Source: Ilumatobacteraceae bacterium
GTDB taxonomy: Bacteria > Actinomycetota > Acidimicrobiia > Acidimicrobiales > Ilumatobacteraceae
DNA: 64,000 nt
Direction of reading: 5' to 3'
Assembly (NCBI GenBank): GCA_044341035.1
Contig: JBIISL010000002.1
Span: 16,224-80,223, forward strand
Shown: positions 22,076-34,300 of the stretch, one piece after another
How positions within the stretch are numbered: position 1 is the first letter of the stretch
Layout of the letters: the number at the start of each line of letters is the position of its first letter
Translations under genes and position numbers: made by a program
The notes under the pieces: model-generated
The model's database searches: none
Seen by the model: the letters and a program-made list of their open reading frames with translations, nothing else
What the model was told of the DNA's origin: nothing

Positions 22076-22366
22076 TGACTCTCACTGAGAGGATTTTGAG
22101 CACTGTGAGCAAACAAAGAGTGCAACTATTTATATAAGTCCTGCCCGATAAGGAATACAGAGAGCACCTCAACCTCGAGTCAAACTTGAGGGTTTATAAC
22201 TTGCGTGTTTATCCACACCTAAAACTTCGCAAACCCAATCCAGTAACAGGTTTTCAGATTTTTTGTTCTTTTAAACAGCCCTAGGATTTTTAGGGAACGT
22301 CAGACGGAAAGTCCATTCCAGCTGGCGTTTCGTACCAAAAAATCACATCCACGAAGGGCGAACATC

Positions 22367-25300
22367 GTGAAACTTTTAATACTGGGTGGGTCCTTTCCTA
22401 CCCCGACTTCTGCGGCAAGCAGAACGTCGGTCATCAATCAACTCAATCGAGAAGCACGACGTGTAATGCGCGTCGTGCTTGCACTCTTTATTGCAGCTTC
22501 AACTGCACTGCCATTCATGCCGTCAATGATCGCCCTCGCTGACGTCACGAATAACAACAACAACGTTGCGCCTGGTACGAGCAACAACAACAGTTCGAAC
22601 GGATCGCCCGTCGGTACGAACAACACCATCACTCCAACTGTCACACCAGTAACAACTCCTAGCCGCACAACACCGCCCGTTGCGTTGCCATCAGTTCCAT
22701 CTGGACTGTTAGTGGCACCTGATAATCAGAAACTCACGCTGAGTTGGGATACCCCTGACGTCAACGAGAAGATCTCTGGCTACGCAGTGTCGTGGAGTCT
22801 GGACGGACGTACATGGACGCCCAATTCTCAGGCGCGAACATCAACGAACACTTCAGTGGTACTTGAGGGTCTGACGAATGGCGTCGTTGTCTATGTGCAA
22901 GTAGCGGCTATTAACTCATCGGGCACCGGAGGCAGTATCTCTACGTCTGGTATCCCTGCTGCGCTTGCAAGCGCTCCGCGCGGAGCGGCCGTGGTTGCGA
23001 CTCCTGCCAGTGGGGCTCCATATGCGGATGCTGTTCTGGCAAACAGCCCGGCCGGATTTTGGCAGTTTGGGGATGACCCATCACACACCATTGCTGACAA
23101 CTTGGGCACCGGAACCCTGACTGGAATTCCGGCTTTCGGGATGCCAGCGCCGATCGGTGGAATGATCGCGGGGTATCTGCAAGGCAAAGAACTGACATCA
23201 AATGTGTCGGTTGGTGGCTCGTTCACTCTTGAGGGATGGATTAATCCTTCAACGATCAATGGGGATGCCGCAACTGTTGCTCACGTCGGCGACACGACAA
23301 ATGGTTCGTACATGCGAGTGACTCCGAGCGGAGCTCTGCAATTTGTGGGCTTTGCAAATGGTGTCGCTTCAAAGGTGGAATCTGTGCGTGGACTTGTTCC
23401 CTCTGGTAGCTGGTCGTATTTGGTTGCGACATATAGCGCTGGTGAAGTGGTGTTGTACGTGAACGGGGAACGCGTTGGTGCAGGAACCTCTGCTGGAACG
23501 GGTGGCGTATTTGTAATTGGTGGCGCGAACGATTCGGGATTCACATACACAGGTTCTGTTGCCAACTTCGCGGTGTATTCCACTGTGCTGGTCGCATCTG
23601 ATGTGAGTGCGCATTGGACTGCAGCTAACTACCAATTGGGAACAGGAAACATTCCGTCTGCGCGCGCAGGTGACGCATTTGTCATTGTCGAATGGACTTC
23701 ACCGGTTTCTGATGGTGGTTCGCGTATTCTCGGCTACAACGTGCAAGTGAATACTCCTGCAGGTTGGGTTGATGCAATTAGCAATACCTTCTCTTCTTCG
23801 ACTTCGGCATTTGTGACACAGCTGGAAGACGGCACACGTTTGTCGAATGGAACGGCCTACCAATTCCGAGTTCGCGCAGTTACGAGTGTTGGCGCCGGAA
23901 ATGCAAGTGAAGCAGTTACTGCTACGCCACGCGGATTGGCCGCTGCACCAACAGAGTTTGGGGTATCAGTACCGACACTTGGCAATGTGACTTTTAGTTG
24001 GAGTGCACCATTGAATGATGGTGGATTTGCAGTAACCGGATATCGCATTGAGATATCGAGTGACAACTCATCCTGGCGTACATATGCATCGGCAAGTGCT
24101 GACACAACAACATTCACCATGGGAGATGTTGTGACCGGAACTCCATTTGCTGATGAGGTGTACTACTTCCGTGTACGCGCTGAATCTTCAGCTGGTGCAG
24201 GTCAAACTTCTGTAGGTATTTCTGTTGCGCCACTGCGCGTTGAGCAACCTGTACAAACGCAATCTGTTTTGGTAGATAATGGTCAACCGTCTCTTGCGTT
24301 CGCAGGGGAGCAGTCTGTACTGTCCGCCGAGGCAGTAATCATTGAGTCTGTTGTGCGTGCTTATGCAACGGGCGGAGTACCTGGACGCGTTGAGTCGTTG
24401 GTAGCAACTGCAACAAACGGTGGCATCACGTTGACATGGGCTACGCCTACTGATCTTGGCAGTGGCGCCGTTACGTCTTACGTTGTGCAGTCATCAACTG
24501 ATGGCGCCGTATGGACCAATGTGAACGCAAGTGCTACATCGCCGTATGCAATTACTGCATTAACAGCTGGCACTCAGTACGTGTATCGCGTCTATGCCGT
24601 TAATGCAACAGGTACAGGAACTCCTACGTCTGTCATTGCTATAGCTGGTGGAAACACCGCAGGAAACTATGCCTCAGCGCCTACAGGAAGTAACGCGACT
24701 GCAGGATCTATTCCTGTTTCTGGAACTGGCAATACGGCGTCGTACACAACCGCTGTTCTTGCAGATACTCCAACCGGATTCTGGACATTGAGTGACGCTT
24801 CGGGCGCAACTTCAGTTACAGATTCTGGCAGCGCGGGAGTTTCAGGTACGACAACCTCTGTCACCTTGGGTGGAACAACGAACTATTCGCCATTGGCGAC
24901 TAGTCAGTTGGCTGCTTCATTCAATGGAACATCATCAAAGATTGTTGTTCCCGATAATGCCGCGTGGAACAGTAACAATCTGACAGCAGAGGCATGGATC
25001 AAGCCTGCGGCTACCCAAGTTACAAACTGGGGTTCTGTTGTTTCTCGTAACACCGGTAGCAACGGGTGGTGGGTTGAAGTGACTAGTGCAGGTCAACTGT
25101 GGGGTTATGTCAATGGCGTTTCCCTGATTACTGCATCTGGAGTAATCAGTCCGAACAAGTGGCAACACATTGCAATGACATACAACGGCAATGCCATCAA
25201 TTTGTATGTCAACGGCGTTGTTGTGGCAACAATTGCTGCGCCAAACATTGCAACCCAGACTTTAGGAACTCCAATCCAAATTGGCACACGCAACACAACT

Positions 25301-28300
25301 GCAATGAACTTCTTCAGTGGCCTGATTAGTAATGTCGCGCTGTACAACACCGCTCTCAGTGATGCACGAATTCAGAATCATGTACAAGCTGGTGGCTATG
25401 CGGCAAACACTGTGTCTGCGCCAACTGTTATTGCAGGCGATGGAGTAGCCACATTGACGTGGACTGCCCCTGCGTATGCGAATGGTGCCATTACCGGATA
25501 CGAAATTCAGACCGCACCTGCAATTTCTGGCGGTGCGGTTGCAAACGTGTCGGTTTGGACAACCGTTGCAACCTCCACTGCAACATCATCAACGGTGTCC
25601 CAGACAATGGCGGCGAGTGGTGGAACCTCCTTCCGGGTGCGAGCCGTTACTTCGAACGGTGCGGGCCAGTGGAGTATTCCGGCTCAGACATATGTCTTTA
25701 GCAATCCAACGCCACCAACCAACTTGTCAGCAACTTCTTCTTCAAACAATCAAGTAACACTTACTTGGGTCGCACCAATTACAACATCTTCACGTTTCAC
25801 AATTCAGACAATCACGGGCTATCGCATCGAGACAAGTTCGAACGGCGGGGTGACATGGTCAACCATTACGCCAAGCACTGGTTCTACCGCATTGACATAT
25901 GTCATCGATGGTGTTGCAAATGGTGTTTCTCGTTTGTTCCGTGTAGCTGCACTGACCGCATCGACTACTGGTGCATTCGCCTCTATTTCGGTGACACCAG
26001 GAGCTGTTGCTAGTTCGCCGCGAAACTTCACTGCAACGGGAACAGGGGACGGATCTCTTTCATTGTCGTGGACTGCGCCTTTGAATACAGGTGGATCGCC
26101 AATCCTTAGCTACATCCTCGATTACTGCACCTCGGCTGGATGTACTGCCTCAATCGTGATTGACTCTGGTGTTCCAGCATCGGCAACGTCGTACAACGTG
26201 ACTGGAATGTTGAATCAACAGGGCGGCATTACGTTCCGTCTGCGTGCGGTCACTGCATCGGGTACAGGAGATGCTGCAACGGTTGTTGGTCGAACCGCGC
26301 CTCAGGTCAGTGCGCCGAACGCACTCACCGCCGTTGCTGACGTGACATGGGAAGGATTGTCAAACCAGGCGTATCTCACATGGTCAGCGCCCACCTTGTT
26401 GTACGGACAGACAGTTGTCGGTTATCAGTATGAACAGTCGTCAGACGGCGGCGCAACATGGATCGTTCTGAACAATCTCATCACGAGCTCAACCTTGGCG
26501 GCTTACGTTCAGGGTCTCTCTGCTGGAACGACCTATCAGTTCCGTGTTGCTGCGCGTACGTCGCAAGGTCTTGGCTTGTACAACTACGTATCTGTAACTC
26601 CCACAGGCAGCTCGACATACTCAGGATCAATTGCGAGTGCTCCGGTGAACTTACGGGCCACTGTTGATGGCGCTTCAACTGTTCTACTTACATGGGCTGC
26701 GCCTACGTATACGGGCGGGCTTCCACTTCTTGGATATCGCATCAAGTATCTGAGCACCGTTGATCCTGCAGCTGCGACCACAGGCGTAGTAGATACTTTG
26801 GTGCCTGCAGGAGTGACCTCGTATCGACTAAGTGGTCTGCCGACAGGTTCTAACTACTTTGTTCGCGTGACACCGGTAACGGCGGTTGGCGAAGGCAACT
26901 ACGCAGCGGTCGGCTTTGTTCAGTACGACACACCTTCCTCACCTCGCACTCTGACAAGCACGCCAGGAGATGGAACTGTCACATTGGCGTGGACGACTGT
27001 TGGCACAACGGGTGGTTACAACGTGTACGGATATCGCGTGGAGCAATCGGGCGATGGGGTGAATTGGACTGTTCTGACGCTTGACACTTCGGCATTGTCG
27101 TTCACGGCGCGCGGACTTAATAATGGAAGCACATATCAATTCCGTGTTGCAGCTGTCACCGCTGTTGGAATTGGTGATTATGCAAACATCGTCTCGACTC
27201 CGTTTGCTGTCCCCAATGCGCCATTGAATCTGATTGCGACTCCTGGTAACGAACAAGTGACGTTGACGTGGACTGCACCTGCCAATAACGGAAGTGCAAT
27301 TACTCAGTACATCGTTGAAACATCAGTCGACCAAGGTTCTACATGGAGCGAGACCGCGCGCGTTGTCGGCGCTACGAACACCACCTTCACGCACACTGGT
27401 CTCTTTAACGGTGGCCAGCATGGTGTGAATTGGTACTACATGTATCGGGTGAGGGCAGTGAATAATGCGGGTACTGGCCCCGTGAGTACTTCAGCTCAGA
27501 CAAATCCTGGGAACACGCCTTCAAGCGTGGCTGCTTTGGATGGCACGGCGTATAACTCTATGGTGCACCTCACCTGGACGTGCTGCTTGGGAGACACTTC
27601 AAGAGGGTCGTACTACGTCGGACCATCTCTTGCTGTTGTTGCGTACCGCATTGAACAAAGCACGGACGGCGGAGCAACCTGGCAGTTCATTCTTGATCGA
27701 CCTGTTGCGTATAGCTGGGTACGTATTTCCGCATTACGTAATGGCGTCGCGTATCAATTCCGAGTAAGCGCAATCAACAGCATTGGAGTCGGAACGCCAT
27801 CCGTCATCACGGTAACTCCATCAACAACTCCCGATTCGCCAACAAACATGGCAGTGGTGACGACAGCATCGGGCACATCTGCAACGGCGACAGTGACATG
27901 GACTGCACCAGTAACCGACGGAGGATTACCTCTCACTGGGTACCGTGTGCGTTGGTGTGCAACTGCAAACTGCAACCCCACCACGGTGATCTCGGAAGCC
28001 CTGAGTCCCACCACGTACTCATTTGTTGTGAGTGGGCTGTCCACCGGCACTCCGTACAACATCAGTGTTGAGGCACGAAATGCCAATGGTTTCTCCGTCT
28101 ACCAAACACAGATACCAGTTTTCCCTGTTGGCTTGCCCACTGCGGTAACAGCGTTAACAACATCAGTTGCGAACACGGTCACCATTACTAACCCAGATGG
28201 AACGACAGGAACAGGTACGTACTTGACGGTGTCGTGGACTGAACCAAATGCAACAAGTGGCATCCCAGTGTTTTACAAAGTCGAACTCAGCGCAGACTCT

Positions 28301-31300
28301 GGAAGTACATGGACAACTCTTACCGACGAAACAACATCTCTGGAACAGCGGTGGGCGCCGAATCCGGCTCTAGCGGGCACGCAAGTGCAGTTCCGAGTGA
28401 CGCCGACAAACTTTGCCGGCACTGGACCTTCTACAACAGTTACTGCATCGGTGCCTCTGCAAAGTATTGCGGGGCCGCCAAGTAAACCGAGTCCGCCGAC
28501 CTTGTTGTCGGCAATGAGGGGTGACCAACAAGTCACACTTTCTTGGGCCCTCCCAGTGGCGACGGGGGGGCTCCCCGTCACCGGTTACAAGGTGGAGTAT
28601 TCCTCCTCGAGTAGCACGACTGGCTTTATAACAATTAACAACAACACGGCGACCAGCCCATTCGTCATTACAGGTCTTACAAACAACATCAGCTACTGGT
28701 TCCGCGTGAGCGCCGTGAGCGCAGCGGGAACAGGTACTACTGCAATAACCGCAACAGTTGTAAATGGTGCTCCAGCGGCACCAAGTGCCTTCGCATACAC
28801 AGCAACTGCCAATGCACAATCAACTCTTTCGTGGACAGCACCCTCCACAAGTTCAACGGGTGGTGCGATGGCAGGTCTCAATGGCTATCGCATTGAGCAA
28901 AGCATCGATGGTGGATCCATCTGGACACTTCTCACAGCATCGACAAGTGCAGTGGCCAGTGGAATTACCGTCACACCTCCCGCAACTGGCGTCACAATTC
29001 GTTACCGCGTTGCGGCGATAGCAGATGGCCAACGTGGTGATTGGGCCTATGTGTCTGCAACGGGAACCTCCACCCTTGCTGGAGTTTTGGCATTATCTGC
29101 AACAGCAACATCGAACAGTGTGACGTTGTCATGGGGCGCACCTGCGGGTGGCGCTGCCGTTTCCGGCTACAAGATTGAACGCTGTTTGTATTCAGGCACA
29201 ACGTGCGGTGCGTACACATTACTGGTGGCTTCACAAACTGGTCTCACCTACCCAGACACGACTCCGGTTTACGGCTCGGTGTATGGATACAGAGTCACGG
29301 CAAATTCGACCGCAAATCTCGCATCAATCTTGCCGGTACACGTAGTGGGTTCGCCCGGTTCAGTGACAGGTCTCGTTTCAACTCCAGGTAGCGAGATAGT
29401 TGATCTTGCGTGGGTCGCTCCAACGCAATCTCCAGCTCCTGTGATTTTGGGCTATCGCGTCGAAATCTGCTCGAGCGCATGCGCATCGAGTTCTGCTGTA
29501 TGGACGTTCCTTCGTGATGGAGGGACGTCGTTGGCTGCCCATATAGATGGACTCACTAATGGAGTGTCATACACAATTCGTGTGGTCGCTCGTAATGCAT
29601 GGGGACTGAGTACGCCGGTGACAACAACATTTACGCCACGTGGTGCACCAGCTTCACCCGGCACATTGACGGCAACACCTGGAAACCGTCAAGTGACTTT
29701 GAACTGGACTACGCCGACAAATAATGGTGGTAGTCCGATTATTGGATACAAGGTTGAATACGGCACCAACTCAGCATTTGCAGGGTTGAACGTGGTTTCC
29801 TCATTATCTGATCCAAATAGCACTTCGTTTGTAGTTACTGGTTTGAACAATGCAACGTCGTATTGGTTCCGAGTGTCGGCTGTTTCTGGTGTTGCTACTT
29901 CTGCTGGTCAACTCACATCAGCAATTCCTGTGGGTGTGCCAACAGCGCCCGTTTCTGCAACGGTGACAACAACGCTCACTGTTCGCAATGCGTTATTCGT
30001 GAACTGGGGAGCACCGTCAAATAATGGTGGTAGTGCAGTTGTTGGATACCGAATTGAACAGAGCACCGATGGAACTAACTGGACTACTGCAGTTGCGAAC
30101 ACTGGCACCACGACCCAGTGGTCCGCGCGTGGTCTCACCAATGGTCAGGCGTATCAATTCCGCATCTCAGCCATGAATAGCAATGGATACGGAACACCAA
30201 CAACTGTGTCTGGTACGCCAATGTTTGCCCCGTCGATACCGTTGAATCAGAACGTTATTGCAGGAGATCGCCGCGCCACTGTTTCATGGTCCGCGCCTGC
30301 AGATAATGGTGGCTCACCAATTTCTGGTTATCGCATTGAAGCCTGTGTTGAATCAAGTGCGAATTACTGCACAAATGCCGGTGTATTTGCAGTAGTGAAT
30401 GCAAACACTGGTCTCGTGAATAGCTACACGATGACTGGGCTAACGAACGGCACTTTGTACGGAATACGCGTATATGCGATCAATGATGTTGATATGAACT
30501 CGTATCAGTATGCATATGAATATCTTCTTGTGCGACCTTCATCTACACCAATCGCTCCGAATACCACCTACACGACAACAGGTAACCGTTATGTCATATT
30601 GAATTGGGGCGGTGCAACAGCCAATGGCTACGTGATTACTGGGTACAAGGTGGAGCAGACTGCTGACAACGGCGCAACCTGGACAACAATCTCAACATCA
30701 GTGAGTGGAACTACGGTCCCTGAAACGTTGCGGATTAATGGTCTTACGAATGGTGTTGTATACGGATACCGCGTGAGTGCAATTAGCTATGCGGGTGTTG
30801 GTCTTCCTAGTGGTATCGCTTATGGCACGCCGCGTATGACTACTTCTGCTGGCGTTCCAAACTTGCGTGCAACCGTGGGTGACTCGCGTATTTCACTGAC
30901 ATGGAGTTCTCCAACTGATACCGCAGGCGCAGCAATCGTTGGATACCGCATTGAGTATGTTGCGGCTGGAACGACGACGGTGGTTACAGAAAATACCTTG
31001 TCTTTGTCTACGAACTACACAGTGTTTGGTCTGACCAATGGAATTTCGTACACCCTTAAGGTGTACCCAGTAACTTCTAACGGCTACACAAATGCCGGCG
31101 AAGTCGTTGCACGACCACAAACCATTGCACAAGCACCACGTGAATTCATGTCGGTGTGGGGTGATCGCCAAGTGTCTTTGAGGTGGACTGCACCCGCTGC
31201 AGCGGGAGCCAATGTTGACCAGATCTTTGGTTACAAATTGGAACAGAGTACAGATGGTGCAACATGGAGCCCGATGGCAACCGTGAACCCGAGCGTAGTG

Positions 31301-34300
31301 AGCTACGTGGTAACCGGTCTTACAAATGGAGTGAACTATTCGTTCCGAATTTCAATGGTGACCACAGTGGGTCAAGGGGCGAGTTCTGTCACTTCATCGA
31401 CGCCGTTCGGCACACCGTCTGCTGTGCAGGATCTGGTGGGTATAGGTGGAGACCGCAAGGTGGACCTCTCATGGAATGCGCCAGCAGATCTCGGTGGAGG
31501 AAATGTTGTTGGATATCGCGTCTTCATTTATTGCGCCAGCGGTTCTGACAGTGGTGTGGGTACGGGCTGTGGTCCATACACAGTTAATACATACACGTTG
31601 ATTGCGGCCAACATTTCTCCGGCACAGCGCAGCTTGACAGTGAATGGCCTCATCAACGGAACCAACTATTTGTTCCTTGTACAGCCGTTAACAGGTGTGA
31701 ACACCGCACTGAACACATGGATCACGTGTGAGGGTTACTTCCGAGATGGTCAAAGTGCGCCACTGGCAACCGACACTGCGCGATGCTCACAGTATTCGCG
31801 TGTTCTGTGGATCACGCCAATGGGTAGTCCCTCGGCACCAAAGGGTCTGAATGTCATGACTGCACCGTCTGGCTCAAGCACAAAAGCATCGGTCACTGCG
31901 ACGTTGACATGGACAGCTCCCGATTGGACGGGTGGTGATTACATCAATGGTTACCGCATTGAACAATCGACAGACGGAATGACATGGACAACGTTGACAG
32001 CAAACACTGGCTACCGTCTCACCTTGACATACACCGTTGCTGGCCTCGTGCCCGGGACTCGCTATTTGTACCGAGTGTCCGCAATTGGTTCGCTTGGTGC
32101 AGTGGGCGTGGGTTCAGTAGTAACAACTGGCTCGTTGGTTGCTTCTGATGCGCCACAAGGTCTCGTGATTACTCGTGTGAACAACAGCAATACTGCACAA
32201 TTGAGCTGGACTGCACCTGCGTACACGGGTGGTTCCAGTGTTATTGGTTACAAGATCGAACGTCTGCTTTCTGCAGTGTGGTATGTCGTTACTCCGAACA
32301 CCGGAAACACGAATACAACATTCACAATCGACGGTCATGATGCTGGAACTGCTCTCAACGTTCGTGTATCAGCAGTAACTAGTGCTGGTGCAGGTGACAC
32401 TGCAATGGCGATTCTTGAAGTTGGTGGCGTGACAAATGGTGGATTGCGGTTCACCACCACTGTTGGTAACGGATTTGCAGATATTGGATGGTCAGGAACA
32501 GCAGCATTTACTCCAACTTCGTACAAGATGGAATACCGCGTTGTTGGCAATGCGATCTGGACTTTGGTAACCGCTGACATGGGCGCGACAACGTCGTATC
32601 GACTCGGTGGTCTCTCTAATGGCGTCAGTTATGAAGTGCGCGTGACGCCGATATACACCGTGAGTGGTGTCACTTCGTATGGAACGGCAAGTAATACATT
32701 CATAGTTCCTGCGAATGTTGCAAGCGCTCCCGCAAACTTGAGTGCTACCACCGGCAATGCCATGACCACTCTCACTTGGACAGCTCCTGCTGACCTTGGC
32801 GGTGGATCTGTCATTGGTTACAAGATTGAGCAGTCAACCACCAGTGCAACCACCGGTTATGTAGTTCTCACCGCGAATACAGGCTCGAATGCATTGAGCT
32901 ATGACGTTCGTGGCATTAGCAATGGAACACAACATTGGTTCCGTGTGTCGGCGATTACAACTTTGACTGCAGGTGTTGCCGGTGCAACATCGTTCGTCAG
33001 CGTCACGCCAGTACTTCCTGGCCGTGCTGTGGGAACAATTTCTGCAGCACCTGGTAATACAACTGCGTTGCTGACATGGTCAGCACCACAGTATGACGAT
33101 GTGAATACTGATTTCATTGGTTATCGCATTGAGCGCTCTACGGATGGAATCAACTTCACAACGTTGTCAGCAAATGTTGGCAAGGTGCTCACGTACACCG
33201 CGACCGGTTTAACAAACGGAACTCCTTATTGGTTCCGCATTGTCACATTGGGACAACTAGTTGATGGTGGAAGTTCTGTAATTTCAACAGTGCCTGCTGC
33301 CTACAGCGCAAAACTCGGATCACTCACGGCAACTATTTCTGACCGCACAGTAACTCTGAATTGGACTCGCCCAGCCGATACCGGTGGACTGCCATTAATC
33401 GGATACATGATTTCTCGGTGTTACTACGCCGCTAGCACTTACTGCGACATGTCGAGTACCAACTACTGGTACTACTACTGGTCACATTCATTCCGTGGCA
33501 TCAACGATGCAATAACGGGCATCGCATTTGTCGGCCCGGATGCAACATCTTTCACGTTTAATGCAGATACTGCTGACTTCTATCGTGTTGTGCCTGTCAC
33601 TGGCACTGGTGTGTGGATTGGTACAACAGGTTCGACGTACTCGAACTTCCCGAATGCGTCGATGGTCTACGCGGCATGGTGGGGTGTTCCGTCGCAAGTG
33701 AATGGCATGAAGATCACCACCAACTCGCCAGGTGGCGTTGGCGCTGCAAACAGCATGTTGTACTTTGACTGGACAGCGCCAACTATTTTGGGTAACGGAA
33801 CCATTAGTGGTTACGACGTTGAGCAGAGCAACGACGGTGGACTCACGTGGATTTCACTGGGTCGTACCAAATTGACGAACCAATACGTATCAGGTGTTTC
33901 TGCCGGAACTTCTGTAGTTCTGCGCGTTCGTGCCGTGAACGAATATGGAGTTGGGCCTTGGAGTTCTGTGACGTCGTCGTGGGCTGCAAACCCCACTTCT
34001 CCTCGCACTCCAAACATCACAGTTGTGGGTGGACGTATGACTTTCACCTGGGCGTCACCAGAAAACACAAGTGCCATGGGTGTTCAGGGATATGAAGTGC
34101 AGTACAACCTGGCTGGAACATGGAACACGTATACGGGCACTGGTGCTGGCTTTACTGCTACGTCATTGCAGTGGAATGCACCCGATAACACCTATTACAC
34201 AAACATGCAGTGGCGTGTGCGCACAGTCACCGTGAATGCAGCGAACACCACTCTTTATTCCGATTGGGCAACTGCAAGTGGCAATATTTTGGGCACGGCT

